Virus record (IMG/VR): IMGVR_UViG_3300038345_000144
DNA from: a virus
Lineage: Duplodnaviria > Caudoviricetes
Reading direction: 5' to 3' (one strand)
Length of the DNA: 64,000 nucleotides
Under the pieces are notes generated by a model. The model saw only the letters and a program-made list of their open reading frames with translations. It did not search any database and was not told where the DNA came from. The translations under genes were made by a program, and so were the position numbers. Shown here piece by piece: positions 17,646-27,346 of the stretch (its first letter is position 1; each line of letters begins with the position of its first letter).

Positions 17646-17999
17646 TTAATTTGTTGCAGGAAACAGTGTATCGGTATCTCTTGTATCGTTAATGAGATTT
17701 CTGATAGCGTCTGAAGGATTAGAATACTGCTTTAAGTAGTTTATAACACTTGTAGTACGGGGTTGAAGAACTTTTTGAATAATGAAAGTATCTTTCAACT
17801 CCTGACAACTGGCACTCTGGTCATCAATAGTGATTTTGAGCATACCAAATCTCTTTGCCATTTCGATTGCAAAAGTCATATCAACTATGTCTGCGGTGTC
17901 AAAAGCGTCTGGGAATACCTTTAAGAGAAGGTTTCCACACCAATCGCCAAATCCCTCGCCTTCCTGAAATTCCTGAAAATCTCTTTCTGTTAAATACAT
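17646..17999 (-). CDS. Hypothetical protein
   Basis: GAGGT SD. Confidence 0.65.
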   Translation of the reverse strand: MYLTERDFQEFQEGEGFGDWCGNLLLKVFPDAFDTADIVDMTFAIEMAKRFGMLKITIDDQSASCQELKDTFIIQKVLQPRTTSVINYLKQYSNPSDAIRNLINDTRDTDTLFPATN

Positions 18000-18006
18000 A
18001 AATACC

Positions 18007-18288
18007 TCACGACTTAATAAATTTTTTTGGTTGGTTCAGGCTGTCTATCAGGATTAAATATCCGTCACCAAACTCATATTTGAATTCCTGTAAGCCTGTC
18101 CTGTCTTCGACATATAACTTGTCGTCCTTAAAATAATAGGTAGTTGAGGCATAAAAACAGCCACACATCTCACCTTTTATAAAACTTGTTCGATTACCAA
18201 CGCCATTAGGGTCAAAAGTATAAGTTTCCCCGTGGCATTGGGTATCAAACGACCAAGTACCGATTATTTTGTCCTCAATCTTGTTCAT
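18007..18288 (-). CDS. Small beta-barrel protein (lipocalin/DUF5640-like)
   Basis: IIGTW...YTFDPNG.G...Y......L pattern. Confidence 0.5.
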   Translation of the reverse strand: MNKIEDKIIGTWSFDTQCHGETYTFDPNGVGNRTSFIKGEMCGCFYASTTYYFKDDKLYVEDRTGLQEFKYEFGDGYLILIDSLNQPKKFIKS

Positions 18289-18310
18289 TTTCTTACCTCA
18301 CGGGGAAACC

Positions 18311-18589
18311 TTAATCATACTTTAGGAACTCTGACTGAAAGACTATCTTTCCAGCCTTGTTCTTAATCCATTTAATCTTTTTGAGATGTTCGATACGCAC
18401 GGCTCCTGACTCCTCATCAAAATCTCGTTTCCAATCAGAAAATTCCGAGTAAGTCTTCATAGACACACAACTGCGGTATGCCGCCCACATAGCCTCTAAC
18501 GGAGAACCCGCAACTACCTCGATAATCTCTTTTTTCCCATTAACAACTTTACACACTTCATAGGGAATTCTAATGTTTAATTGCATCAT
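18311..18589 (-). CDS. Hypothetical protein
   Basis: ORF with SD. Confidence 0.6.
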   Translation of the reverse strand: MMQLNIRIPYEVCKVVNGKKEIIEVVAGSPLEAMWAAYRSCVSMKTYSEFSDWKRDFDEESGAVRIEHLKKIKWIKNKAGKIVFQSEFLKYD

Positions 18590-18598
18590 ATTCCCCCT

Positions 18599-19732
18599 TT
18601 AACTCCTGTGTAATTCTTTATAATCCCAATCCTTTACAACACCTTGAGCCTGTAAATTGGGGTCAAGTATAAGCCTGTTAATTTCTGCACCAATATTGTT
18701 ATCATCGAGATTATCGACAACCCTTGAGAGAATATCTCTAATCTGCGGTGTAAATAACATATACTGGGTATCTACAAGATATTTACCATCTTGTTTGAGC
18801 ATCTTCTGTGAAAGAACGATATTTAACTGCAAAATAAGGTCAAGAGCAAGGTTTTTATCGTTATCCAAGTGATACAAAAGACGGTTCATAGTACCCGCTA
18901 CATCTGCGGCGTGGAAGGTCGTTGATGTGATGTGACCTGTTCTTGCCGCCTCAATCGCCGCACAGATAACCTCTTTATCACGACACTCACCGACGATAAT
19001 CATATTAGGGTGTTCACGCAAGGAAGCCTTAATACCTAATGCGAAAGTCCTGAAATCTTTACCCAACTCTTTCTGTAAAATTCTAACATTTGAAGTTGAG
19101 TTAAACAGGTTCTCGATAGGGTCTTCCAGTGTGATAATAACCTTGTTGTCCAATATTTCGCCAGGTTTTGTAAAGGTGTTGATACACGCCGCCATTGTGG
19201 TAGATTTACCTGAACCCGTAGGACCAGTTTCATAGCAAATACCACTTGGTTGTGAATAAGCCCATCTTAACGCCTCTACACACTTCGGGTTATAGTTGAT
19301 GGTCTCAAAAGTAGGCTGTTCTGGTTTAATCATACGGAAAGTCGCTATTGGCTTTTCCTCTGAAAATCCGAAAGATACACGATAACGATAGTGTATTAAC
19401 TTTTCTGCATTAGGACTATCATCAGGAACTCTAACAGCAACAGAAGTATCGAGCAAACGGTTCTGGATATATTCAGTCTGCAACTCGTTACTTATATATG
19501 TTTCGTAAAAATCACCCCAGAGCAGTTTATCAATAGCCTTGCACGGAACCTTATAAATCTTACCAAATCGTGAGATATAAGGTGTATCATCGACTTTCAA
19601 ATAGACATCAGAGCATTTATGTTCTGTGGCAAAGACGAGTATCTCCTCAACTGTGTGTGGACCAGTAAATGCCTGAATATCTGCATCATCTGGGAGTTGA
19701 GGATTACCGCCTCCATTTAAGTTAATTTTCAT
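18599..19732 (-). CDS. PilT/VirB11-family secretion ATPase
   Basis: GPTGSGKST Walker A, ITLEDPIE Asp box, LREHPNMIIVGECRD Walker B, AARTGH...TFHA His box. Confidence 0.9.
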   Translation of the reverse strand: MKINLNGGGNPQLPDDADIQAFTGPHTVEEILVFATEHKCSDVYLKVDDTPYISRFGKIYKVPCKAIDKLLWGDFYETYISNELQTEYIQNRLLDTSVAVRVPDDSPNAEKLIHYRYRVSFGFSEEKPIATFRMIKPEQPTFETINYNPKCVEALRWAYSQPSGICYETGPTGSGKSTTMAACINTFTKPGEILDNKVIITLEDPIENLFNSTSNVRILQKELGKDFRTFALGIKASLREHPNMIIVGECRDKEVICAAIEAARTGHITSTTFHAADVAGTMNRLLYHLDNDKNLALDLILQLNIVLSQKMLKQDGKYLVDTQYMLFTPQIRDILSRVVDNLDDNNIGAEINRLILDPNLQAQGVVKDWDYKELHRS

Positions 19733-19754
19733 AAATTACTTACCTCGACTTTCA

Positions 19755-21062
19755 TTAGATATTATCTGTACCAATAGCAGGAGACCAAATTTCTGCTCCG
19801 TCGTCACCAACCGTAGCACCAGAGTTTTGCTGGAAACTCAACGGGAATGACAGATTAGCCATATGAATATACTTCTGTGGCTTTTTATTGATATAGTTAT
19901 CCAAGAAGTCTTTTGCCTGTGTCAATGACTTGGCTACCAGAATATTTCTGTCCTTGCAACTTGTGATAAAACTTGTTACTTTCTGTCTTAATCTTGCTTT
20001 ATCAGTATCATAGATAAGAATACTTGTATTGAAGTTACAGAGAATATCACCTCTCTGCTCAATACCATCAACTGCCAAACCAGCGATGTCGATAACATCC
20101 TGAACTGCACTAACCTGCTCATCTTCAGCGAGAGCCTTCAAAGCCTCATCACGCTCAAATCTTGCAGATGACCTAATTCTCTTTAAGTTAAGAATAGCAT
20201 CTTCCTTCTTTTCGCACTTAATAGAAGTTACGCAGTTTGCGAAGTCCATAGGGAAGTTACAGGTATCAATCAACGGAGGGAAAGCCCTAACATAAAGCAT
20301 ACAGCCATATGTTGTCTGTGGCTCAATACCGAAGATGTCAACTCCTTCATTGTGCATCTCAAACCAACCAAAATTGTCGATAACTGTCTGGGTAACGGAA
20401 CCCATAATGTCCTCGAAAGTCTTGTCATTGATATAAGATACCTTATCGTAAGAAATCTCGAAGTTAGGGAATACCTTACTTACATAGTTGTAGAATACCA
20501 ATTCCTTTGAGGCTCTTACACATCTTCCGTTGAGTGTACGGTAGATACTTTCCTCAATCTTCAAAATCTGTTCAGGGTCGCACTTTGTATTACCGAGACC
20601 AGCAACGACATTGATTGTCTGTCCGAAAACGGCTTTAACTGTCTGCCAGAGTGTCTTATCCTCGACATCAGTAACCGTTGACTGCTGAATATCAATCTCT
20701 AAAAGGCAGTAAGACTGCGATGCGTCACGAATGTTCTTTGTGAACTCGTAAGGCATTTCCCAGTCGTTCTTATAGAGTTCGATAGTGCCTAAAAGGTTGT
20801 TTTTAACATCCTTTGCTCGAACGACTTTCTCAATCTTCTCGATTGTAAAAGAAATTGTTGGGTTGTTTATCTGTAAGTTGGTAATCATCGCTACCAAAGA
20901 CTGAACAGAGTTCTCTACACCATTATCAGACGATGTAGAATAGTTAACTAACGGAATAATATAATAAGCGGTAATAATGCCGTTATTATAAAGAACATTA
21001 TCACCAATAATCTTGACATTATTCTGTCTTGTGGTAACTGTTACGGGTTTTGTTTCAGCCAT
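19755..21062 (-). CDS. Hypothetical 435-aa protein, possibly like the N-terminal part of VirB4/TcpF (no Walker A)
   Basis: Lies between the TcpE-like gene and the ATPase; weak resemblance only. Confidence 0.4.
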   Translation of the reverse strand: MAETKPVTVTTRQNNVKIIGDNVLYNNGIITAYYIIPLVNYSTSSDNGVENSVQSLVAMITNLQINNPTISFTIEKIEKVVRAKDVKNNLLGTIELYKNDWEMPYEFTKNIRDASQSYCLLEIDIQQSTVTDVEDKTLWQTVKAVFGQTINVVAGLGNTKCDPEQILKIEESIYRTLNGRCVRASKELVFYNYVSKVFPNFEISYDKVSYINDKTFEDIMGSVTQTVIDNFGWFEMHNEGVDIFGIEPQTTYGCMLYVRAFPPLIDTCNFPMDFANCVTSIKCEKKEDAILNLKRIRSSARFERDEALKALAEDEQVSAVQDVIDIAGLAVDGIEQRGDILCNFNTSILIYDTDKARLRQKVTSFITSCKDRNILVAKSLTQAKDFLDNYINKKPQKYIHMANLSFPLSFQQNSGATVGDDGAEIWSPAIGTDNI

Positions 21063-21093
21063 AATATATTAGTCTTCCTTTCTTTTTATTTAT

Positions 21094-21504
21094 TTAGAGT
21101 AGATGCTTAAAGAAAGCATTTATTTTAATGTTATTTAACTTATATTCAGTAAGCCTGAAGTTGTTTGAATAACACTTTTTAGGCTTAAAATAAGCACCTA
21201 AATACTGGTAAAGCCTATATCCTGCGAACTGGATATACCATAGACCCAAGCCAACGCCTATTCCTGCACCTGTCCAGAGAACAGTGTACTGCCAAATAAA
21301 CTTTGCTGTCTTGGAAAATGGGTTAAGGAAAGTTATTCCAAAAGGAATACCAATCACGCCTCCGACTATCATAAATGCGATAGCAACAGGGGCAACAACC
21401 TTCAAAAATTCAACTGAAATACCGCCAGACATACTATAACCACCAACGCTATAAATTTTAGACTCACGGTTTTTAAGTGAAGTGTAATTCCAACATCTAC
21501 TCAT
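21094..21504 (-). CDS. TcpE/VirB3-like 2-TM conjugation membrane protein (tentative)
   Basis: NYT....E.KIYSVGG N-terminus, two TMs, basic tail (YQYLGAYFKPK). Confidence 0.5.
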   Translation of the reverse strand: MSRCWNYTSLKNRESKIYSVGGYSMSGGISVEFLKVVAPVAIAFMIVGGVIGIPFGITFLNPFSKTAKFIWQYTVLWTGAGIGVGLGLWYIQFAGYRLYQYLGAYFKPKKCYSNNFRLTEYKLNNIKINAFFKHLL

Positions 21505-21595
21505 TTAATATTACCTCCTGTTATATTTTAACATATAAAAAGGTACATCGGATTAGTGATGTACCTATTTTAAGTATTTTATGCTGTATAATTAC

Positions 21596-22267
21596 TTACT
21601 TTTTATAATACCACTGAAAATCCTTAAAGACGCAATCATCAGTGATGGAGTCTGATAACAGACCATTCAAAAGACTGAAATATGCAGTAGCATACTCTTC
21701 CATAGGAAATCCATTCAACTCTTGTGGCTTGAACTTTCTTGCCAACTTGAGCAAAACATCTAAATCAATATGATGCAGATTATCCACATCAATTGTTTCC
21801 ATTAACTCACCCTTTGTTACTCCAGCAGGGTACTGGAAATGCAGGCAGAGAATAACATCGACGAAGTTCTTAAATCCTCGGTCTGAATGTATCATTGTGA
21901 GGTTCATCTTCTCGATAAGGGACTCCTTGATGCTACGGATAGCACCCGCAATCTCCGCACCTGGCTTGTACTCAATATCTACCTTTACCCAGAGGTTCTC
22001 CTTGAATACGATAAGCCTATAATTATCGGCTTTGGTGGTCTGGACCTCAACTCTGAAGCCTGCCTCTTCCAAAACCTTTACAAGGTGCGTAGGGGACTTC
22101 TCTTTCTCCAATTCACAACAAATTCTGATGTCAATATCTGTTGTTTCTCTTGGCTCCCATAAGTCGTCTACGCTTACATTCTTTACAATAGAATAAGCCC
22201 CCACTAACTTGTACTGGGGGTACTGCAAAATGATGTTTACCACATCTTCTCTAATGTCATAATACAT
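21596..22267 (-). CDS. AbiEii-like nucleotidyltransferase toxin
   Basis: LVGAYS...RETTDIDI, KVDIE, EKM...RGFKNFVD; start moved to MYYDI after AGGAG. Confidence 0.65.
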   Translation of the reverse strand: MYYDIREDVVNIILQYPQYKLVGAYSIVKNVSVDDLWEPRETTDIDIRICCELEKEKSPTHLVKVLEEAGFRVEVQTTKADNYRLIVFKENLWVKVDIEYKPGAEIAGAIRSIKESLIEKMNLTMIHSDRGFKNFVDVILCLHFQYPAGVTKGELMETIDVDNLHHIDLDVLLKLARKFKPQELNGFPMEEYATAYFSLLNGLLSDSITDDCVFKDFQWYYKK

Positions 22268-22269
22268 AC

Positions 22270-22659
22270 TCAAATATCTCCTAAATACTCCTCCAACTTG
22301 TCTGCAATCAATTCCTTGTATGCAGGACGGTCCTCTAACCACGCTGTAAAGTCATCAATATCCATACATTCAATCATTTCTTCGATATGGCTGTCATCGT
22401 AGTCATATCTAAATGAGTCAAATATAGCCTGATTGATGGTAGCAATCTGAACCCCATTATACTCTTCTGCCTCAAATTCAGCGTCCATAGGAACTACCCA
22501 GATAGGCTGATAATACTTATCTGTTTCTACTTCCTTTGATGCACAAAAGATAACTCTGGGGTCTGATGATGTGCCAAAATTACGATAGGCTAAAGCACTC
22601 CGACCTGTCAGAGTAGTATTTGGTGCTATGATATTTGTCATATCTATTATTCGTAACAT
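22270..22659 (-). CDS. AbiEi-like antitoxin
   Basis: LTGRSALAY and GVQIATINQAIFD motifs; directly upstream of the toxin. Confidence 0.6.
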   Translation of the reverse strand: MLRIIDMTNIIAPNTTLTGRSALAYRNFGTSSDPRVIFCASKEVETDKYYQPIWVVPMDAEFEAEEYNGVQIATINQAIFDSFRYDYDDSHIEEMIECMDIDDFTAWLEDRPAYKELIADKLEEYLGDI

Positions 22660-22665
22660 AACACA

Positions 22666-22695
22666 ATTATATACTACGCCATACAGATTTGTAAA
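22666..22695 (-). promoter_or_regulatory. Promoter, probably giving a leaderless mRNA
   Basis: TTTACA-N18-TATAAT ending 7 nt before the ATG at 22659. Confidence 0.7.
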
Positions 22696-22703
22696 GAGTG
22701 CTA

Positions 22704-24614
22704 TTAAATCATAGCCATAAATTCGTCTTCAGTGATGACGGTAATACCCAACTTCTTTGCCTTCTCCATCTTGGAGGAACCGCTATTCTTATCGTTGCAG
22801 ATAAGGTAATCAAGTCCCTTACCGACAGAGGCAAACTTACCGCCGTTCTCTTCGATAACCTTAATGAAGTCATCACGCTTCATTGAGTTTAACTTACCAG
22901 TAATGCAGAATGACTTATTTGCTAACTTGCCATTTTCATTTACATTTCTTATAGTTAAATAGTCCATAACTTCGTCAATTTCACTATAATCGAAATCCAG
23001 CAGGGTCTTTGCTGTAATTGCACCGATGCCCTTGATTGCTGTGAAGTCAACACCTTCCTTGACTGCATTACGGAAAGCGTACCAATCATTGTTATACTGC
23101 TCTGCGAGGAGTTCTCCACAATGCTTTTCTACATTAGGAATACCTGCTGAAGCAATAACTCTCCAGAACTCAACAGACTGGGGAATACCGTCCAAAATCT
23201 TGTCTACGGAGCCTTCACCAAAGCCAGAGTAAGCAATCCACTCGTCTCTGTGGGTCTTAAGTGTAAATACATCTGCCAGTCTTGTAAGCCAGCCCTTGCT
23301 AACGAGGAACTTAACTGTATTGTCGCTGATAGCCTCAACATCGAGTCCGTGGCTACCGAGGAACTGGAGAAGTCTACCCTCAACCTGTGCCTGACAATTA
23401 CGGTTAGTACACTTGAGTACCTCTGCAACGCCAGAGTCGTCGATTGTGAGGGGCTTACCGCAAATAGGGCAAACGGTAGGAACTTCCAGTCTAATCTGTG
23501 TTCCGTCAAATCCTCTATCTGCTCTTGCAATCTGCGGAATAATCATATTAGCCTTGAAAACCTGTACTCCCTGACCAACATAAGGGTTTTCACCGAGAGT
23601 TTCTCTCAAAATGGAGAGGTTATGGAGGCTTGCGTTCTGAACTGTTGTACCCTCAATCTCAACGGGCTTAAATCTTGCGACAGGAGTAAGAACGCCTGTA
23701 CGACCCATTGACCAGTAGATACCTTCCAGTTCTGAAGGATGCTCTTCGTCATAGAACTTGAAAGCAAATGAACCCTGAAATGCGTGGTCCGTCTTACCCT
23801 TTGACTTCCAAATCTTATCGTCATTGATACGATAAACGAGACCGTCGATAGGGTACTGAAGGTCTGCACACTTCTGTCTTAATCTTGCCTGCTGTTCTTC
23901 CAGATGTTCCTTATCTACTACTTCGTAAGGAACTACGATAAATCCGTACTGGTCGAGGTTCTCTAACTTCTTATCAAAGTTATCATCTGAAGAGATAATG
24001 TCCCAAGCAACATATGTGAGTCTTCTTGATGCACATACGAGGGGGTTCAGAAGTCTGATGGAGCCTGCCGCAAAGTTACGGGGGTTCTTATACATATCTT
24101 CAAATTCCTTAAAATCATCATACTTGCAGATGATTTCACCGTCTACTACGAGGCGATATTCAGGAATAATCATAGGAACTGTCTTCGGAATTGAAGGAAT
24201 AACCATAGCGTTGTGGAGAATATCCTCACCTACAATACCGTTTCCTCTTGTTTCTGCTGATACCAGAGTGCAGTTCTCATATGTTACGGAGCAAGTAAGT
24301 CCGTCCATCTTTGCCATAGCGATACAATCGTAAGGTGCTACCCACTTTGCGATAACATTGACATCCTTTGTCTTATCAAGGGAAAGCATAGGGTGTCCGT
24401 GTGTCACCTTCTTGAGTCCTGACTGTGCCTCAAACTGTACTGAAATAATAGGGCTTGTAGGGTCAGCATAACCTGTTTCCTTTTCATACTGCTCACAAGC
24501 AAAATAGAGGTCGTCCCATTCCTTATCTGATACTTCAGGGCAACCCTCGTCGTACTTCTTTGTGAGGTAGTTAAGTCTCTCGATTGAAAGTGTGTATTCT
24601 TCTCTGGTCATCAT
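22704..24614 (-). CDS. ligA: NAD-dependent DNA ligase
   Basis: HPMLSLDK, KMDG adenylation motif, TRGNG..GED, NPRN.AAGS, GRTG.LTPVA, Zn finger, HhH, BRCT. Confidence 0.95.
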   Translation of the reverse strand: MMTREEYTLSIERLNYLTKKYDEGCPEVSDKEWDDLYFACEQYEKETGYADPTSPIISVQFEAQSGLKKVTHGHPMLSLDKTKDVNVIAKWVAPYDCIAMAKMDGLTCSVTYENCTLVSAETRGNGIVGEDILHNAMVIPSIPKTVPMIIPEYRLVVDGEIICKYDDFKEFEDMYKNPRNFAAGSIRLLNPLVCASRRLTYVAWDIISSDDNFDKKLENLDQYGFIVVPYEVVDKEHLEEQQARLRQKCADLQYPIDGLVYRINDDKIWKSKGKTDHAFQGSFAFKFYDEEHPSELEGIYWSMGRTGVLTPVARFKPVEIEGTTVQNASLHNLSILRETLGENPYVGQGVQVFKANMIIPQIARADRGFDGTQIRLEVPTVCPICGKPLTIDDSGVAEVLKCTNRNCQAQVEGRLLQFLGSHGLDVEAISDNTVKFLVSKGWLTRLADVFTLKTHRDEWIAYSGFGEGSVDKILDGIPQSVEFWRVIASAGIPNVEKHCGELLAEQYNNDWYAFRNAVKEGVDFTAIKGIGAITAKTLLDFDYSEIDEVMDYLTIRNVNENGKLANKSFCITGKLNSMKRDDFIKVIEENGGKFASVGKGLDYLICNDKNSGSSKMEKAKKLGITVITEDEFMAMI

Positions 24615-24644
24615 AGGTTTTGTCTCCTTTGCTTTAATGATGTC

Positions 24645-24674
24645 ATTATACCACAAAGGAAACCCAGTTGTAAA
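24645..24674 (-). promoter_or_regulatory. Promoter of ligA
   Basis: TTTACA-N18-TATAAT with TG extension. Confidence 0.8.
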
Positions 24675-24712
24675 TAGTCATATTATAATAATTATAATAA
24701 AAGGGGACTTTT

Positions 24713-25069
24713 TTAGTCCCCTAATTCTTTGTCGTAATCTTCCTGTTCAGGTATATCCAAAGCCTGCAACTGATTTACTCTGTCCAAGTACCTCTTAATT
24801 CTGGGATAATCCAGTTCGAGTTCAGGAACATCGGTATTGGCTTCTCTATATGATTGATAAACCACAACAAGTGTGTAATCCTCTGCATTTTCCTCTTCGA
24901 GCCTATTCAAACACTGTCGGCACTCTGCTTCCGTAGGCGGGTATTCAGGGTGATTTCTGTAAAACGGAATGATAATCTTATTCAGGTCGTTGATTAACAA
25001 AGGATATAACCTCATATTAGAAATCGACTTAAACTTACCACGAATGTAGGTTAACTGTTCTTTAAGCAT
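24713..25069 (-). CDS. Hypothetical protein
   Basis: AAGGAG SD. Confidence 0.65.
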   Translation of the reverse strand: MLKEQLTYIRGKFKSISNMRLYPLLINDLNKIIIPFYRNHPEYPPTEAECRQCLNRLEEENAEDYTLVVVYQSYREANTDVPELELDYPRIKRYLDRVNQLQALDIPEQEDYDKELGD

Positions 25070-25622
25070 ATTCTTGCTCCTTTTCGATAATCTTCAGGAT
25101 GGTGTCCATCAGTTCGCTAAAAGTAGAGCACCTGATAATACCCTCACCCTCGTCCATTTCCTTGTTCCACGGCTTATCCAAGAATACTTTGTATTTAGCC
25201 TTTGAACGCCTATTGTTTGCAACATTGTCATCGCAGAAGATAAGCACATTTCTCAACGGCTTCTTGGCTTCTGTTGATACATCAAGAATTATTTGTTTTT
25301 CGGGCAAATCAAAGACGGTACTGATAATTCTCTTGTATGCCTGTACTTTTTTGGTCATACTATTAGAGTGGATATAAACGGCATAGCCCTTTTCTTCCAG
25401 TTTCTTAATATCAGTAGCACCTTCATACCACTCTATATCCTTCCAAAGTTTCGGATTTCTATAAAGTGCTAACAGTCTGCGTCTTTGCTTTGGTGTCAAA
25501 TAGGGGTTATCTTCCAGACGGAAACATACCAATTTATCATATTCGACACCAACAATCTTGGAGGCTCTTTCATTCAAGCCCCAAAGAATATCATCCATAT
25601 CGAATACAATCTTTTTTCTCAT
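25062..25622 (-). CDS. HAD-family 5'(3')-deoxyribonucleotidase (NT5C-like)
   Basis: IVFDMDDIL motif I; IFCDD..N; LDKPWN. Confidence 0.8.
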   Translation of the reverse strand: MRKKIVFDMDDILWGLNERASKIVGVEYDKLVCFRLEDNPYLTPKQRRRLLALYRNPKLWKDIEWYEGATDIKKLEEKGYAVYIHSNSMTKKVQAYKRIISTVFDLPEKQIILDVSTEAKKPLRNVLIFCDDNVANNRRSKAKYKVFLDKPWNKEMDEGEGIIRCSTFSELMDTILKIIEKEQEYA

Positions 25623-25643
25623 ATCATAATTTTATCAGAATTC

Positions 25644-25853
25644 TTACAACTTTCTGGGAATTCTGATAGGCTTATTGTTATCAGCCTGCCACCTTTCATC
25701 TGCTTCAAGTATTTCAGTCCAACGACTTCTTATAGAGCCATCGGGCTTATCCTTCCAGCCGTCATCTTCCTTAATTCCCTTTGCAATATTAAGGGTAACA
25801 ACTGTCACAATAGTCGTAAGTAATACCATTGTTATTGCCTGTGTCTTTCTCAT
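25644..25853 (-). CDS. Small membrane-anchored protein
   Basis: N-terminal hydrophobic helix. Confidence 0.55.
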   Translation of the reverse strand: MRKTQAITMVLLTTIVTVVTLNIAKGIKEDDGWKDKPDGSIRSRWTEILEADERWQADNNKPIRIPRKL

Positions 25854-25935
25854 TTTCCTAATTTCCTTTCTCCCTTGTTAGACAATACGCCTAACAGATT
25901 TGTATAAGTATTATATCCTATTGAAAATGTTTTTG

Positions 25936-26580
25936 TCAATAGATACAATAGATGGCTGGTTCTACATCATCTACAAACTCTTTGATAGTGGAACCAACAT
26001 CCGACATCTGCATCCAGGCAAGGAAGTTTTCCAAATCATAAATGGGGAGTTCTTTAAGGTTGCCACTATAACGGATAAAATCACCGTTATCAACCTTCTT
26101 CTTATCAAACAAACCCGCAATATTAAGGGTCATAGTGTCTAAATAGAATTCAAGGTTGTATTTACACTGTGGCTTATCTTTAGGGAATAATCGAATAACA
26201 CCGTCGGTGGAGTGACGGAGATACTTCAGGTTCATATAGTTAGTCATTCTCAACATCTGCTTAAAGCCTTTTGTATCAAAGCCTGCCAACATACGAGTCT
26301 GTACTAAATCCAAGTAAAGAACCATAAAAACAGCGAGTTGACCCACTATTTCTTTTTGCTCACTTGTGGCGAGCGATGGTTCTGGGAAATTTAAGTGTTT
26401 AGCAATTTCATTTGCAAAACTTTCTGCGTCTTCAGTAGAAATTTTAGAATAGGGTGGTAAATCGCAAAGTGGCGTGGTCATAAGATAAGCCATAACACTA
26501 TTAGGTATTCCTTCGTAAATAATGTCAAATAGGCATTTCTCTTTATTAGCCATTACCCTTAACAAGTAATTATTAGCCAT
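25936..26580 (-). CDS. Hypothetical protein
   Basis: 214-aa ORF with SD. Confidence 0.7.
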   Translation of the reverse strand: MANNYLLRVMANKEKCLFDIIYEGIPNSVMAYLMTTPLCDLPPYSKISTEDAESFANEIAKHLNFPEPSLATSEQKEIVGQLAVFMVLYLDLVQTRMLAGFDTKGFKQMLRMTNYMNLKYLRHSTDGVIRLFPKDKPQCKYNLEFYLDTMTLNIAGLFDKKKVDNGDFIRYSGNLKELPIYDLENFLAWMQMSDVGSTIKEFVDDVEPAIYCIY

Positions 26581-26606
26581 TTGAAAATACCCCCTTCCTA
26601 AATTTC

Positions 26607-26756
26607 TTAAATTCTAATAACTTTTTCCTCACTGGTTTCCCGATTGATGAGTTGCATCTTATCGTTTGAGTGTTTCTGGACCAACCACTTGTAAGTGTCA
26701 AGTCCGTATGCCTTCAAAATCTTTCGCTCCGCTTCAGTGGGTTTCTTACCGTGCAT
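26607..26756 (-). CDS. 49-aa protein, DUF6906-like (not in ORF track)
   Basis: MHGKKPTEAERKILKAYGLDTYKWLVQK; AAGGAG SD. Confidence 0.6.
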   Translation of the reverse strand: MHGKKPTEAERKILKAYGLDTYKWLVQKHSNDKMQLINRETSEEKVIRI

Positions 26757-26763
26757 AAAAAAG

Positions 26764-27318
26764 TTACTGCTCCTTCTGTGTCATTAAATAATTATACAGA
26801 GTGTCGCCAAATTCATAGAAACGCTCCTGATTGTAGTCGTTCTTATATCTGTAAATGACGATACCTGTTACTTCTTCGTTATCGAGACGCTTCTCAAATG
26901 CTGTAAAGTCAGCGTCTTCCTTCTTGATACGCTTGTCATATACTTCAGGTCTGTCACCACGAATTAAAGCGTGTTCTCTTGCAACAGGTTCATCTGCCTC
27001 AACATAGACCAAAGTATAGTTATCGCTCGGACACTTCTTTCTCAACTCGTCAAAGCCATACGGGTCAATGATATAAATATCACTATCATCGTACTGCTCC
27101 TGTGTAGCAAAGTAGATTGTGTCGTTCAAAACGGTAGAAGCAACCTTATTGGGATAGTTGTCTACCTCATCTTCAGAAATAAAGATGTGTGAGTCCTCTC
27201 CCTCAAACTTCGGCTCTCTGGTCGTATAGGACTTCAATACCTTCATACCCTTTGTAGCCAGATAGTTTGCTAAAGTGTCTTTGCCTCTACCGCTTCTTCC
27301 AATGATAAATAACTGCAT
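26764..27318 (-). CDS. gmk: Guanylate kinase-like protein
   Basis: GRSGRGKDT P-loop; SYTTREPK.EG..H.F; IIDP.G. Confidence 0.8.
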   Translation of the reverse strand: MQLFIIGRSGRGKDTLANYLATKGMKVLKSYTTREPKFEGEDSHIFISEDEVDNYPNKVASTVLNDTIYFATQEQYDDSDIYIIDPYGFDELRKKCPSDNYTLVYVEADEPVAREHALIRGDRPEVYDKRIKKEDADFTAFEKRLDNEEVTGIVIYRYKNDYNQERFYEFGDTLYNYLMTQKEQ

Positions 27319-27346
27319 AAATATAAGTTCCTTTCAAAAAATTTTA

